Position numbers and translations under genes: made by a program
Notes under the pieces: generated by a model
What the model saw: only the letters and a program-made list of their open reading frames with translations
Databases searched by the model: none
What the model was told of the DNA's origin: nothing
Source: Myxococcales bacterium
GTDB taxonomy: Bacteria > Myxococcota_A > Polyangia > Palsa-1104
Length of the DNA: 64,000 nucleotides
Direction of reading: 5' to 3'
Assembly: GCA_028287105.1 (NCBI GenBank)
Contig: JAQBQH010000073.1
Span: 1,963 to 65,962 of the forward strand
Part shown: piece after piece, positions 17,357-26,474 of the stretch
How the letters are laid out: each line of letters opens with the position of its first letter
How positions within the stretch are numbered: the first letter of the stretch is position 1

Positions 17357-17920
17357 ATGAAATCGCGAATCGCGTGCTTGGCGGTAGGGGTGGGGGCGTT
17401 GGCGCTGGCTGGTGCTGCGAGCGCGCAGCAGCAAGAGGAGCAGCCGCAGACACGGCAGCCGTCGAGCCAGCCGGGCAATCTGGCGCCGGCCGATCGACAG
17501 TTCCTCCAACAGGCGTACAGCATCAACCAGGGGGAGGTGAAGCTGGGCGAGGTCGCAAAGCGCAAGGGCACGACGGACGAGGTGAAGAACTACGGTCAGC
17601 TCATGATGTCCGATCACACCCTGGCGCTGAAGGAGCTCCACCAGTTTGCGGACAAGGCGAACGCCAAGGTCCCGAGCCAACTGCTCCCCGAGCAGCAGCG
17701 TGCGTATGAGCAGATGTCGAAGCTCTCCGGCGCGGAATTCGACAAGGCCTATATCGACCACATGGTCACCGGACACGAGGCCGCGATTGGCGCCTTCAGC
17801 AAGGAGGCGCAGTTCGGAAAGAATCCGGTGCTGAAGGATTACGCGCAGAAGACGCTTCCGATGTTGCAGTCGCACGAAGGCATCGCGAAGTTCGATCAGT
17901 CTCACCCGAACGAGCCGTGA
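17357..17920 (+). CDS. DUF4142-family periplasmic protein.
   Basis: RBS GAAGGAGG. Signal peptide MKSRIACLAVGVGALALAGAASA. Paired DUF4142 helical repeats (LGEVAKRKGTTDEVKNYGQLMMSDH...; DKAYIDHMVTGHEAAIGAF). Confidence 0.7.
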   Translation: MKSRIACLAVGVGALALAGAASAQQQEEQPQTRQPSSQPGNLAPADRQFLQQAYSINQGEVKLGEVAKRKGTTDEVKNYGQLMMSDHTLALKELHQFADKANAKVPSQLLPEQQRAYEQMSKLSGAEFDKAYIDHMVTGHEAAIGAFSKEAQFGKNPVLKDYAQKTLPMLQSHEGIAKFDQSHPNEP

Positions 17921-18438
17921 GCCGCTCGGCTCCGACGCACGCGATGGCGGAGCAGCCGTTCGCGCCAGACAAAGAGCAGGATGCAGAGCGGCGGCAACGC
18001 CAGCGGCGGCCACTGCGCCAAGAACGGCGGCGGTGCCGACCCGACCGGCAGCTCACACGAGACCGTCGCGCTATCGCTTTGGTGTCGTACCGCGATGGTG
18101 AGCTGCCATGTGCCGGGGGCGGGCAGCTCGAGGAGCGCGGCCTGCAGGAGGCGGTTGCTTGCGGCGGCGTGGGACGGCGCCAGCATGCGCGTCGTTCCAT
18201 CGGGCGCGCGAACGCGCAGCTCTACCGTCGCGTCGAGCAGCACCGCGGCGGCGGCGCCACGCTCCAGCACCAGCACGCTCACTTCGGCGCTGCCGACGCG
18301 TAGCGGCTCGGGCGCGGTGAACAGGGCGATCACGAACGGGCCGGCCGCCCGCGTCAGGCGCAGCGTTCCGCCGTCGGCGAACGCGGGTGCTTCCGACTGC
18401 AAGAGAAGAGCGGCGAGCAGGATCGCCCGCCACCTCAC
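17902..18438 (-). CDS. Small periplasmic protein with C-terminal membrane anchor; possibly FixH / YtkA-like. Follows the CtaG-CcoG gene with a GTGA overlap.
   Basis: GTG start overlapping the upstream TGA stop. Signal peptide VRWRAILLAALLLQSEAPAFA. Beta-rich periplasmic domain (GTWQLTIAVRHQ), then a hydrophobic C-terminal helix and basic tail. The family assignment is a guess from genomic context. Confidence 0.45.
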   Translation of the reverse strand: MRWRAILLAALLLQSEAPAFADGGTLRLTRAAGPFVIALFTAPEPLRVGSAEVSVLVLERGAAAAVLLDATVELRVRAPDGTTRMLAPSHAAASNRLLQAALLELPAPGTWQLTIAVRHQSDSATVSCELPVGSAPPPFLAQWPPLALPPLCILLFVWRERLLRHRVRRSRAAHGSFG

Positions 18439-20645
18439 GTCGACATCCCGCGCATCTGCATCGGCGAAAGAAGGGTCCACACCCCCACGACCCACAGCGC
18501 GGCGGCGAAGGCTGCGAAGGGTAGATATCGCGGCGGTGTGCGCGCGATCTTCCAGCCGACGTACAGAGAGGCCAAGAGCCCGCCGTCGAGCAACAGCAGC
18601 TCGACGCTGACGAGTCGATCGGGTGCCACGCCCGCGCAGGCGAGCGACCACTGGGGATCGCCGAAGCGGAGCAGCCGTTGGACGACCGGCCATAGTGAGC
18701 GCCAACCCGTGGCCAGGTGAAACGCGAGATGCGCGGCCCACATGCCCATCCCGAGCGGTACCAGCGCCAGCGCGAGCCGGCAGAAGAGCGCGCGGCCGAG
18801 CGCCTTCCGGCCCGCCGCCAACAGCGCCGACGCGATCAGGAGGCCGACGAGGACGAGGCGCGCGGGCTGGGTCGAGCGGACCATGATCGCCGCGGTGCCG
18901 AAGGCGGCGATCACGACGACCAGTGCCAGGAGCGCCACGTCGAGCCGCTGCGACAAGCGGCCGAGGGAGGCGACGCCGTGGTCACGCATGAGGAGGCGGC
19001 CGGGCGCGACGGCTACGAGGCCGATGTTGTCGTGCGGACACGCCTTGACGCAGTCGAGACAGAAGGTGCAGTCGAGGTTGCCCACCTTGCGCGGCAGATA
19101 GAGGTCGAGCTCGCAGCCGCGCTGCCCTGCGTTGCCGCGCAGGCAGTCCTTGGTGTCACAGTCGGCGCAAACGACCGGCAGGCGCACCTTGACCTCGAGC
19201 GGCGAGAGGAGCGAGCCCACGAACTGGAGCTGGCCTACCGGGCAGACGTATTTGCAGAAGCTGGCGCCGCGCACCAACGAGTCGATCGCGAACGCGGCCA
19301 GGAAGTACGCGATCACCAGCATGGCGGTGGCGCGCGGCGAGTCCCACCAGCCGAACCATTCCTGGGCGACGAAGAAGGCGGCCAGGAGCCCGACGGCGAG
19401 CCATTTTCCGCGCAGCGCCCGCGGCCAGGTCCTCGTCGCCTGGCCGAAGCGCCGGCCGAGCTCGCGCGGCAGCGTGAACGGACACGCCATGCAGAAGAAG
19501 TTGCCGGTGGTGAGGAGCGCGACCACGGTGAGCGCGCGCCACCAGATCCACGGCACGATACCCGCCAGGTTCATCGGCGCTGCCCGTGGCCCATGCAGCC
19601 CGTCGACGATCACCAGGATCGCAACGGCCAGGCTCGCGGTCTGCAGCAGGCGACGGCCGTGGCGCGCGCGCAAGAGCCAACCCACCATCGGTGCGCGCAG
19701 AAGGTCGAATTGCTTGGGCGGCATGATCGCAGTCGAAGCCGCGCTCGGGCGCGCTCGGGCGGCCGCGGGCGGTGAGAGCCAGCGAACGCACAGCACGATC
19801 GCCGGCGCGAGAAACACGAGCGAGCCGGGGACCCACATGATCACGCCGGCGGCGATCTGGTCGTCGAGCGCCGCCATGTCGAACAGCCGCGGCACCGTCA
19901 GATACGACGCGTACAGGACGCGATCGGAGAACACGAGCAGCGCCGCGAGCGCGCTGTTCTGCAGGTCCGCCAGCAAGAGGCACGGTAGGATCGCCCAGCG
20001 CGGCTTGCGCGCGCTCATCACGGGCCACCAAAACAGCAGCGCTGCGCCGAAGAAGCTGGCGTGCTCGAGCCGATGCCACGCCGGCGAGCGCAGCGCCAAC
20101 TCGTAGCTCCGCGGCACGTGCCAGGCCCAGGTCGACGCCGAGAGCACGACCAACCCGACGAACGGACGCCGAAGCGCGCGCGCGATCCGGGCGAGCGCCG
20201 GCGACGCGAGAAACGGCCCCAGCAGCTCGCGCGCCAGCGACGGCGGCAGCCCACGCAATGACGCCCGCGCCGGCGCGCCGAGCAACAGTAGCGGCGGCGC
20301 GATGGCGAGCAACAGCAGATGCTGCACCATGTGCGCGCTGAGCAGAAACCGCGCGAGCGCGTCGATGGGAGAAGCCACCGCCAGCGTGAGCGCGCCGAGA
20401 CCAGCGACGAACGCGTAGAGCCGCCACGCCGGCCAACGGAGCCGACGCCAGCCGCGTGTGTAGACGATGGCCGCCGCGACCAGACCACCGGCGAGGCCCG
20501 GCGGAAACGACCAGGACGAAAGCAGCGCGCGCGCGACGCCCGACACGCGCGTCCTAGCGGCCCGGCGAAGCCGCGTTCCGGCCGGGCGAAGCCGCGCTCG
20601 GCGGGAGCGCTGCCTCGGCAGGATTGCGCGCAGGCGAGAGCCCAT
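18435..20645 (-). CDS. Fusion membrane protein: caa3-type cytochrome oxidase assembly factor CtaG / CopD-like N-terminal domain + polyferredoxin CcoG/FixG/NapH-like C-terminal domain.
   Basis: N-terminal ~300 aa carry HMVQHLLLLAIAPPLLLLG (Caa3_CtaG/CopD signature) and multiple TM helices. C-terminal ~430 aa carry CMACPF, CKYVCPVGQ and CTFCLDCVKACP (4Fe-4S ferredoxin motifs within membrane helices, as in CcoG/NapH). The true start is probably an internal GTG/ATG, because the first ~30 codons overlap the cytochrome b gene. Confidence 0.75.
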   Translation of the reverse strand: MGSRLRAILPRQRSRRARLRPAGTRLRRAARTRVSGVARALLSSWSFPPGLAGGLVAAAIVYTRGWRRLRWPAWRLYAFVAGLGALTLAVASPIDALARFLLSAHMVQHLLLLAIAPPLLLLGAPARASLRGLPPSLARELLGPFLASPALARIARALRRPFVGLVVLSASTWAWHVPRSYELALRSPAWHRLEHASFFGAALLFWWPVMSARKPRWAILPCLLLADLQNSALAALLVFSDRVLYASYLTVPRLFDMAALDDQIAAGVIMWVPGSLVFLAPAIVLCVRWLSPPAAARARPSAASTAIMPPKQFDLLRAPMVGWLLRARHGRRLLQTASLAVAILVIVDGLHGPRAAPMNLAGIVPWIWWRALTVVALLTTGNFFCMACPFTLPRELGRRFGQATRTWPRALRGKWLAVGLLAAFFVAQEWFGWWDSPRATAMLVIAYFLAAFAIDSLVRGASFCKYVCPVGQLQFVGSLLSPLEVKVRLPVVCADCDTKDCLRGNAGQRGCELDLYLPRKVGNLDCTFCLDCVKACPHDNIGLVAVAPGRLLMRDHGVASLGRLSQRLDVALLALVVVIAAFGTAAIMVRSTQPARLVLVGLLIASALLAAGRKALGRALFCRLALALVPLGMGMWAAHLAFHLATGWRSLWPVVQRLLRFGDPQWSLACAGVAPDRLVSVELLLLDGGLLASLYVGWKIARTPPRYLPFAAFAAALWVVGVWTLLSPMQMRGMST

Positions 20646-22071
20646 CTCCTCGCAGCGTCTCGAGGAACGACACCAGCGCCGTCACCTCGGGCGGGCTCAA
20701 GTTCTTTCCGTAGGCAGGCATGTTGCCGCCGCCCTGCAGCACCTGGCGGATCAGCTCGTCCACTGTGAGCCGCGACGCCACCTCGTCGAGCGCCGGGCCG
20801 CGCCGCCCCCCCATGCTGTCGAGCGCGTGGCAGTTGCGGCACTGCTTGTTTTGCAGCACCAGCGCGCCCTGTCGCTCGAGCGGCGAGCGCCCCTCGAGGT
20901 AGCGCGCCGGCACCGGGGCGCCGCTCCATGCGTTGGCGACCGGCGACCACGGCGTCGTCTGGCCCAGCCGGGTGAGCGCCGCGAACGAGACGCCGACCAG
21001 GAGCACGGTCAAGACGGCGAGCGGCCGCCGCCGCCAGCTCTTCTCGCCGAAGCCGGAGAGGAGCGGCAAGACGAAGAGGACCCCAATCCCGATCACCGGC
21101 GCCGTCAGGAGCAGCGGCGTCTCCAGGTTGCGCGGCAGCAAGGAGAGCGCGGCGTAGAGCCAGAGGAAGAAGAAGTCGGGCCGCGGCGTCGTTTGGATGA
21201 TCGTCGGATTGGGCGGCCCCGACGGGCCGAACGGTCCGAACAGCGCCGCGCAGCCCAGCACCGCCAGCACCGCCAAACCCGCGGCGACCAGATCGCGCTG
21301 GAAGGCATCGGGCACGAACGGGATGCCGTCCTTCTGCACCAGCTCTTCGTAGTCGTGCAGGTAGCGGTCGCGCGTGACCAGCCGCCCCGGCATGGGCCAC
21401 TCGTTGATGCCGAGCGTGAGCACCATGAGCACGTGCAGCCCGGCGAGCGCGAGCAGCAGACCCGGCACGATGAACACGTGCAGCGAGAAGAAATGCGACA
21501 GCGTGTCGCCGGCGATGATCGGTCCGCCGAGGAGCAGGTGCACCAGGCGCGCCCCGACGAGTGGCACGCGGCCCATGATCGAAGCGCCGATGCCGAGTCC
21601 CCAGTAGGCGTCCTGGTCGAAGCGCAGTACCTGCCCGGTGAACGCCATCCCGAGCGTGAGCAGGAGTAGCAGGACGCCGGTCATCCAGGTCAGCTCGCGC
21701 GGATACTTGAACGCGCCGAAGAGGAAGACCTGCACCATGTGAATGAGGACCAGCGCGACCATGAACGTCGAGCCCCAGCCATGCACCGCGCGCAGGAACC
21801 AGCCGCCGGGCTCGTCGTGGTTGAGCGTCTGCAAGCTGTTCCACGCCTCCGCCGCCGACGGGACGTACGAGAAGGCGAGCACGACGCCGGTGACGATCTG
21901 CAAGAGGAACAGCACGAAGGTGACGCTGCCGAACACGTAGAACCAGCTCGCCGTCGAGCGCGGTACGCGGTGGCGGGCCACCTCACGGATGGTGTCGGCG
22001 AGCTGCAGACGGCGATCGAGCCAGGCACCGAGGGCGCGAATCAGGCGCACGACGACCCCGCAGGGGGACAT
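20554..22071 (-). CDS. Cytochrome b subunit of a bc-type complex (b6 + subunit-IV-like) with a fused C-terminal mono-heme cytochrome c domain.
   Basis: Eight-plus TM helices with conserved His pairs (FMVALVLIHMVQVF; HFFSLHVFIVPG). PEWY-like region. C-terminal CRNCH heme-binding site plus a downstream Met ligand (GGNMPAYG). Confidence 0.8.
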   Translation of the reverse strand: MSPCGVVVRLIRALGAWLDRRLQLADTIREVARHRVPRSTASWFYVFGSVTFVLFLLQIVTGVVLAFSYVPSAAEAWNSLQTLNHDEPGGWFLRAVHGWGSTFMVALVLIHMVQVFLFGAFKYPRELTWMTGVLLLLLTLGMAFTGQVLRFDQDAYWGLGIGASIMGRVPLVGARLVHLLLGGPIIAGDTLSHFFSLHVFIVPGLLLALAGLHVLMVLTLGINEWPMPGRLVTRDRYLHDYEELVQKDGIPFVPDAFQRDLVAAGLAVLAVLGCAALFGPFGPSGPPNPTIIQTTPRPDFFFLWLYAALSLLPRNLETPLLLTAPVIGIGVLFVLPLLSGFGEKSWRRRPLAVLTVLLVGVSFAALTRLGQTTPWSPVANAWSGAPVPARYLEGRSPLERQGALVLQNKQCRNCHALDSMGGRRGPALDEVASRLTVDELIRQVLQGGGNMPAYGKNLSPPEVTALVSFLETLRGDGLSPARNPAEAALPPSAASPGRNAASPGR

Positions 22072-22670
22072 TCGCGACGCGCGGACTCCGACAGCGTCGG
22101 CAACCGGCCGGCGAGGATGACGAGCGCGCCGCGTTCAATCTTGTGGCGGTACTGCCACAGGCCGCGCGGCGGCGGACCGCCTGCGAGCGAGCCGTCCTCG
22201 TAGTAGACCCCACCATGGCAGGGGCACAAGAACAGGGCCGACTGGGCGAACCAGCGCACCGGACAGCCGAGGTGCGCGCAGTTGATCGCGAACACCTGGA
22301 ACTGATTGCCGCGGATGTGCCGCACCCAGCAGGGGATGTCGGCGGTCTCGCCGTCCCATGGGTGCCGGAACGGGTTGGTGAACGTCGCCAACCTCGTCTG
22401 TCCCTCGGGGAACTGCTCGAGCGGCCCGAGCGTGACCCACGCCTGGTCGGAGCGCATCGCTTGCTTGCGCGCGGGCGCGAGGAGGTAGCGCACCACCGGC
22501 GTGAGAAGAAGCGCCGCCGCCGCGCCGTTGATGAGAAGGCCCAGCCGGAGCAGCATGCCACGACGAGATGGGGGCCTTTCGTTCTCAGGTGAACGATCCA
22601 TGGCTCTTCTCCTCAGCGGCTGCGGGCATGGGGCCTCCCCGGAAATTCCTGGCGGTGCGAGATCAGCCAC
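22041..22670 (-). CDS. Rieske [2Fe-2S] iron-sulfur protein.
   Basis: CAHLGCPV ... CPCHGGVY boxes. N-terminal RR-containing TM/Tat-like anchor (SRRGMLLRLGLLINGAAAALLL). Confidence 0.8.
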   Translation of the reverse strand: MADLAPPGISGEAPCPQPLRRRAMDRSPENERPPSRRGMLLRLGLLINGAAAALLLTPVVRYLLAPARKQAMRSDQAWVTLGPLEQFPEGQTRLATFTNPFRHPWDGETADIPCWVRHIRGNQFQVFAINCAHLGCPVRWFAQSALFLCPCHGGVYYEDGSLAGGPPPRGLWQYRHKIERGALVILAGRLPTLSESARRECPPAGSSCA

Positions 22671-23338
22671 GCCACCACGTCGGCGATCTGTTGCGACGCG
22701 AGCGGACGGCCCGGCACGTCGCTGCGCCAGTCGGGTTGGCCGATCTCTGGCCGGCCGACGATCACCAGTGTGCGCAACGATTGAGCGCTCACGAGCGCGA
22801 GATAGGAGCCGTCGACGATGGAGCGCGACTTCGGCCCATCGCTGCCGTCGGAGCCGTGGCAGCTCGCGCAGAAGGTTGCGAACACGCCGGCGCCGCGTCG
22901 CGCCTCGCCGTCCGGACCGACGTAGGGCGGCGGCGTCTCCGAGAGCGTCTCGGCCCGCGCCCAGTGCGTGCGAATCCCGCGGGCGATGACGTCGACCTGA
23001 CGGTCGGTCAGCCCGCCGCCGGCGCTCTGGGCGAACGCCGGCATGCTGGTCCCTGCCACGCCGGTGGCGATGATCCGACGCAGGGTCTGGTCGTCGGCGA
23101 TCGCGAGATACACGACGTTGTCGAGGCCGAGCGCCGCGCCGCCGCGACCGTTCTCGCCGTGGCAGCCGGCGCAGCTCGACGCATAGAGCGCCGCGAAGTC
23201 CTCGACCTTCGACGGCTGTCCCTCGAGACTGACGCCCTTCGGCTGCCCCGGCAGCGTGCAGCCGCCGCCGCCCACAATAACGACGACGACGACGAAGGCG
23301 AGAGCCCCGACGACGACGATGGCCCGGGCGCGCGTCAT
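22613..23338 (-). CDS. Membrane-anchored diheme cytochrome c (QcrC / cytochrome cc-like).
   Basis: Real start is MTRARAIVVVGALAFVVVVVIVGGGGC (TM anchor). Two CxxCH sites (CAGCHG, CASCHG). The ATG overlaps the upstream stop as ATGA. The longer 522-aa ORF is read-through. Confidence 0.8.
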   Translation of the reverse strand: MTRARAIVVVGALAFVVVVVIVGGGGCTLPGQPKGVSLEGQPSKVEDFAALYASSCAGCHGENGRGGAALGLDNVVYLAIADDQTLRRIIATGVAGTSMPAFAQSAGGGLTDRQVDVIARGIRTHWARAETLSETPPPYVGPDGEARRGAGVFATFCASCHGSDGSDGPKSRSIVDGSYLALVSAQSLRTLVIVGRPEIGQPDWRSDVPGRPLASQQIADVVAWLISHRQEFPGRPHARSR

Positions 23339-24165
23339 GGCCGCCGGCCTGTTTCGAGGCCGATGCGCTCGGCGAACGGCTCGCTCTGGCGCGTGTGGAT
23401 GCGCAGGCTGCGCGACACCACCACGCCGGCCGCGAGGCCGAAGCCGATCTGCGAGACGAGGAACCAGCCCCAGTCGATTCGCCGGGCCAACACCGGATTG
23501 ATCATCCCGATGGTCGGATACAAGAGCGCCGACCACGCCAGCGGCGCCACCAGCCCACCGGCCAGCACTGGGCGGCGCGAGAACATCGGCAGCAGCATGC
23601 CGTAGAGCGTGCCGACGAGCAGCGACGTCACGCCGTGGATGAGCGTACCGAACAAGAGCGCCCAGCCGTCGAAGGCGCTCAGCTCCTCGGTGGTGGCCCT
23701 GAGCTCGGGCCTGTAAAACCCCGCGACCAGAATGTTGATCGGATACCAGACGCCATGGTGCGAGATGACGCCGTAGATGGCGGCGGTGAGCGCCATGACC
23801 ACGCCGCCGGCGATTCCGCCCTTGATGCCCGCGGAGACGGGAAAGATCTCGACCGGCAGCCGTGCGCGGTGCTCTCGCTCCGCGATGCGTGGGTGCGTCG
23901 TCGGAGGACGCGGCTCGATGCGCGGCTGCCCCTCGGGCTCGATCGGAATCCGGACGCTGCGCTCGACGGGCAGCACCACGCGGAACCAGCCGACTGCGCC
24001 GGCAACGAGCAGTACCGCGCCGAGCAGGCTCACCTCGCCCGCGGTCACCAGCCCGGCGCCCAGGAGCGTGGCGCCGAAGGCCATGGTGAGCGGCCAGGCC
24101 GTCGGCGCCGGCACCTCGATCTCTTCGGGGCCGCCCGTCGCTTCCGTGCGCTCCGTCGCCTCCAT
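23335..24165 (-). CDS. Hypothetical polytopic membrane protein (276 aa, ~6 TM) embedded in the oxidase/bc operon.
   Basis: Real start is MEATERTEATGG... The remainder of the 463-aa ORF is spurious. Hydrophobic helices (GATLLGAGLVTAGEVSLLGAVLLVAGAVGWF, GGIAGGVVMALTAAIYGVI, WALLFGTLIHGVTSLLVGTLYGMLLPMF and others). Start and stop are coupled to their neighbours by ATGA overlaps. No family recognised. Confidence 0.55.
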   Translation of the reverse strand: MEATERTEATGGPEEIEVPAPTAWPLTMAFGATLLGAGLVTAGEVSLLGAVLLVAGAVGWFRVVLPVERSVRIPIEPEGQPRIEPRPPTTHPRIAEREHRARLPVEIFPVSAGIKGGIAGGVVMALTAAIYGVISHHGVWYPINILVAGFYRPELRATTEELSAFDGWALLFGTLIHGVTSLLVGTLYGMLLPMFSRRPVLAGGLVAPLAWSALLYPTIGMINPVLARRIDWGWFLVSQIGFGLAAGVVVSRSLRIHTRQSEPFAERIGLETGRRP

Positions 24166-24170
24166 CGCCG

Positions 24171-24761
24171 TCACCGTCCAATCACGTAGACGACGCTGAA
24201 CACGACGATCCAGACGCAGTCGACGAAGTGCCAGTAGAGCGCGAGCACCTCGACGTGCTCGGTGTAGCGACGGTGCAGCTTGCCGAAGAGCGTGAGCATC
24301 AACACCGTCGTCAGAAGGACGAGCCCGACGGTCACGTGGAACGCGTGCAGCCCGACGAGCGAGTAGTAGGTCGTGCCGAACAGGTTGGTCGCCGGCGTGA
24401 GCCGCTCGTGGTGGACGAGCCGGGCCCACTCGCGGCCGGTGCCGGCGAGGAAGAGGGCACCCAGCGCCGCCGTGGCGCCCCACGCGACCGCGAACGTAGC
24501 CAGGCGTCCCCGGCGCAGCGCCCGCACGGCCCACGCGATGGTCCCGCTCGACGACAGGAGGCAGATGGTGTTCGCCACCGGCAGCGAGAGCGCCTGCTCG
24601 GGCGTCGGCCCGTAGGGGCTCTTTCCCAGATAGAACAGATACGCGACGACGAAGATGACGAACATCGCGCTCTCGGCGACGATGAAGCACACCATTCCGA
24701 CGCGATTGCGCGAGGGGAGCTCCCACCCGGCCTCGCCGGCGACGACGGCGGCTTGGTTCAT
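24171..24761 (-). CDS. ctaE: Cytochrome c oxidase subunit III.
   Basis: 196 aa from MNQAAVVAGEAGWELPSRNRVGMVCFIVAESAMFVIFVVAYLFYLG. Conserved subunit-III helices (ALYWHFVDCVWIVVFSVVYVIG). The ATG overlaps the ctaD stop (ATGA). The rest of the 729-aa ORF is a shadow. Confidence 0.8.
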   Translation of the reverse strand: MNQAAVVAGEAGWELPSRNRVGMVCFIVAESAMFVIFVVAYLFYLGKSPYGPTPEQALSLPVANTICLLSSSGTIAWAVRALRRGRLATFAVAWGATAALGALFLAGTGREWARLVHHERLTPATNLFGTTYYSLVGLHAFHVTVGLVLLTTVLMLTLFGKLHRRYTEHVEVLALYWHFVDCVWIVVFSVVYVIGR

Positions 24762-26455
24762 TCGTACACCCAGTCGGGATCTTCGGGATGCTTCAGATCC
24801 CACAACGGGCGCCGGCTGCGCACCGTCGGCACGACCGCGAAGTTGTATTCCGGCGGCGGCGACGACGTCGACCACTCGAGCGTCCACGCGTCCCACGGAT
24901 CGGGGCCCGCGAGCTTGCCCTTGTGCAGGCTGCGCACGAGGTTGACGAGGAAGCATGCGACGCCCGCGGCCTGGAAGAAGGCGCCGATGGTGATGACGAG
25001 GTTGAGGGTCTCCCAGCCCCGTCCCGGCTCGTAGGTGTAGATGCGGCGGGGCATGCCGAGCAGCCCCGGGATGTGCATCACGGTGAAGGTGAGATGGAAC
25101 CCGACCAGGAACAGCCAGAAATGCAGCTTGCCCAACTTCTCGTCGAGCATCCGACCCGTCACCTTGGGGAACCAGTAGTAGAAGGCGGCGAAGACGGTAA
25201 AGAGCAGCGACCCCACGAGCATGAAGTGGAAGTGCGCGACCACGAATGTGGAGTCGGTGAGCTGCCAGTTGAAGGGCACGGCCGCGAGCATGATCCCCGT
25301 CAGCCCGGCGATCAGGAACTGGCCGATGAACGCGATGCAAAACAGCATCGGTGTGGCCAGGCGGATCTTGCCGCCCCACATCGTGCCGATCCAGTTGAAG
25401 ATCTTGATCCCCGTCGGGATGCCGACCAGCAGCGTCGCGACCATGAAGAAGGTGTTCGCCGTCATCGACATCCCGACGGCAAACATGTGGTGCGCCCACA
25501 CGCTGAGGGAGACGAAGCCGATGGCGATCACCGCGCCGACGAGGACCGGGTAGCCGAAGATCGCCTTGCGCGAGAAGACCGGGATGATCTCGGAGGCGAA
25601 CGCCCAGCCGGGAATCATGAGGATGTAGACCTCGGGGTGGCCGAAGATCCAGAAGAAGTGCTGCCACAAGACGGCCGAGCCGCCGGCCTGGGTATCGAAG
25701 AAGTGGGCGCCGAGGAAACGATCGGCGAGCAGCATCAGCTGCGCCGCCGCCAGCGGCGGGACCCCAACCAGCACCAGCACCGAGTCGACGACGTAGAACC
25801 AACACAGAAGGGGCAGTTTGCCGAGCGTCATCCCAGGGCAGCGACGGCTGAGGACGGTGGTGATGATGTTGACGGCGGTCCCGATGGAGCCGACGCCGGA
25901 GAGGAAGATGGAGAGGATCCAGTAGTCCGTCGAGTGCCCGCGCGAAAACGCGCGCGAGGTCAGGGGCGCGTAGGCGAACCAGCCCACGTCGGGCGCACTG
26001 CCGGCGCCGTAGAGCCCCTCGGCGCCGAGAAAGCTGAAGTAGAGGAGGAGCCCGGCGAATGCGCTCATCCAGAAGCTGAACGCGTTGAGCCGGGGGAAGG
26101 CCATGTCGCGCGCACCGATCATGAGCGGCACGAGGTAGTTGGCGAAGCCGAAGATCAGCGGCATCCCGACGAAGAACACCATCGTCGTGCCGTGCAGCGT
26201 GAACAGTCGATTGAACGTCTGCGGCGCGAGCAGCGTATTGTGCGGCGCCACGAGCTGAAGCCGGATCAAGAGCGCCTCGCTGCCGCCGATGAGGAGGAAC
26301 AGGAGCGCGTAGAGCACGTACATCACGCCGAGGCGCTTGTGGTCGACGGTAACGATCCATTCGTGAAGCCGCTGCCAGAAGCGCGCCTCGACCTCGCGCG
26401 TCGTGACCGCGGCTTCGCCCGTCATGGCCGTCGTTCGTGGCGCTGGAACGCCCAT
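24758..26455 (-). CDS. ctaD: Cytochrome c oxidase subunit I (heme-copper oxidase catalytic subunit).
   Basis: 565 aa, 12+ TM helices. Ligand-bearing motifs (WFFGHPEVYILMIPGWA; HHMFAVGMS). Confidence 0.9.
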   Translation of the reverse strand: MGVPAPRTTAMTGEAAVTTREVEARFWQRLHEWIVTVDHKRLGVMYVLYALLFLLIGGSEALLIRLQLVAPHNTLLAPQTFNRLFTLHGTTMVFFVGMPLIFGFANYLVPLMIGARDMAFPRLNAFSFWMSAFAGLLLYFSFLGAEGLYGAGSAPDVGWFAYAPLTSRAFSRGHSTDYWILSIFLSGVGSIGTAVNIITTVLSRRCPGMTLGKLPLLCWFYVVDSVLVLVGVPPLAAAQLMLLADRFLGAHFFDTQAGGSAVLWQHFFWIFGHPEVYILMIPGWAFASEIIPVFSRKAIFGYPVLVGAVIAIGFVSLSVWAHHMFAVGMSMTANTFFMVATLLVGIPTGIKIFNWIGTMWGGKIRLATPMLFCIAFIGQFLIAGLTGIMLAAVPFNWQLTDSTFVVAHFHFMLVGSLLFTVFAAFYYWFPKVTGRMLDEKLGKLHFWLFLVGFHLTFTVMHIPGLLGMPRRIYTYEPGRGWETLNLVITIGAFFQAAGVACFLVNLVRSLHKGKLAGPDPWDAWTLEWSTSSPPPEYNFAVVPTVRSRRPLWDLKHPEDPDWVYE

Positions 26456-26474
26456 CGCTGCCTCTCTCTTCGTC

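Noticed and set aside
24171-26360. 729-aa ORF overlapping ctaD in another frame.
   Set aside because: Only the C-terminal 196 aa (from MNQAAVV...) are subunit III. The rest is Arg-rich read-through across the ctaD gene.
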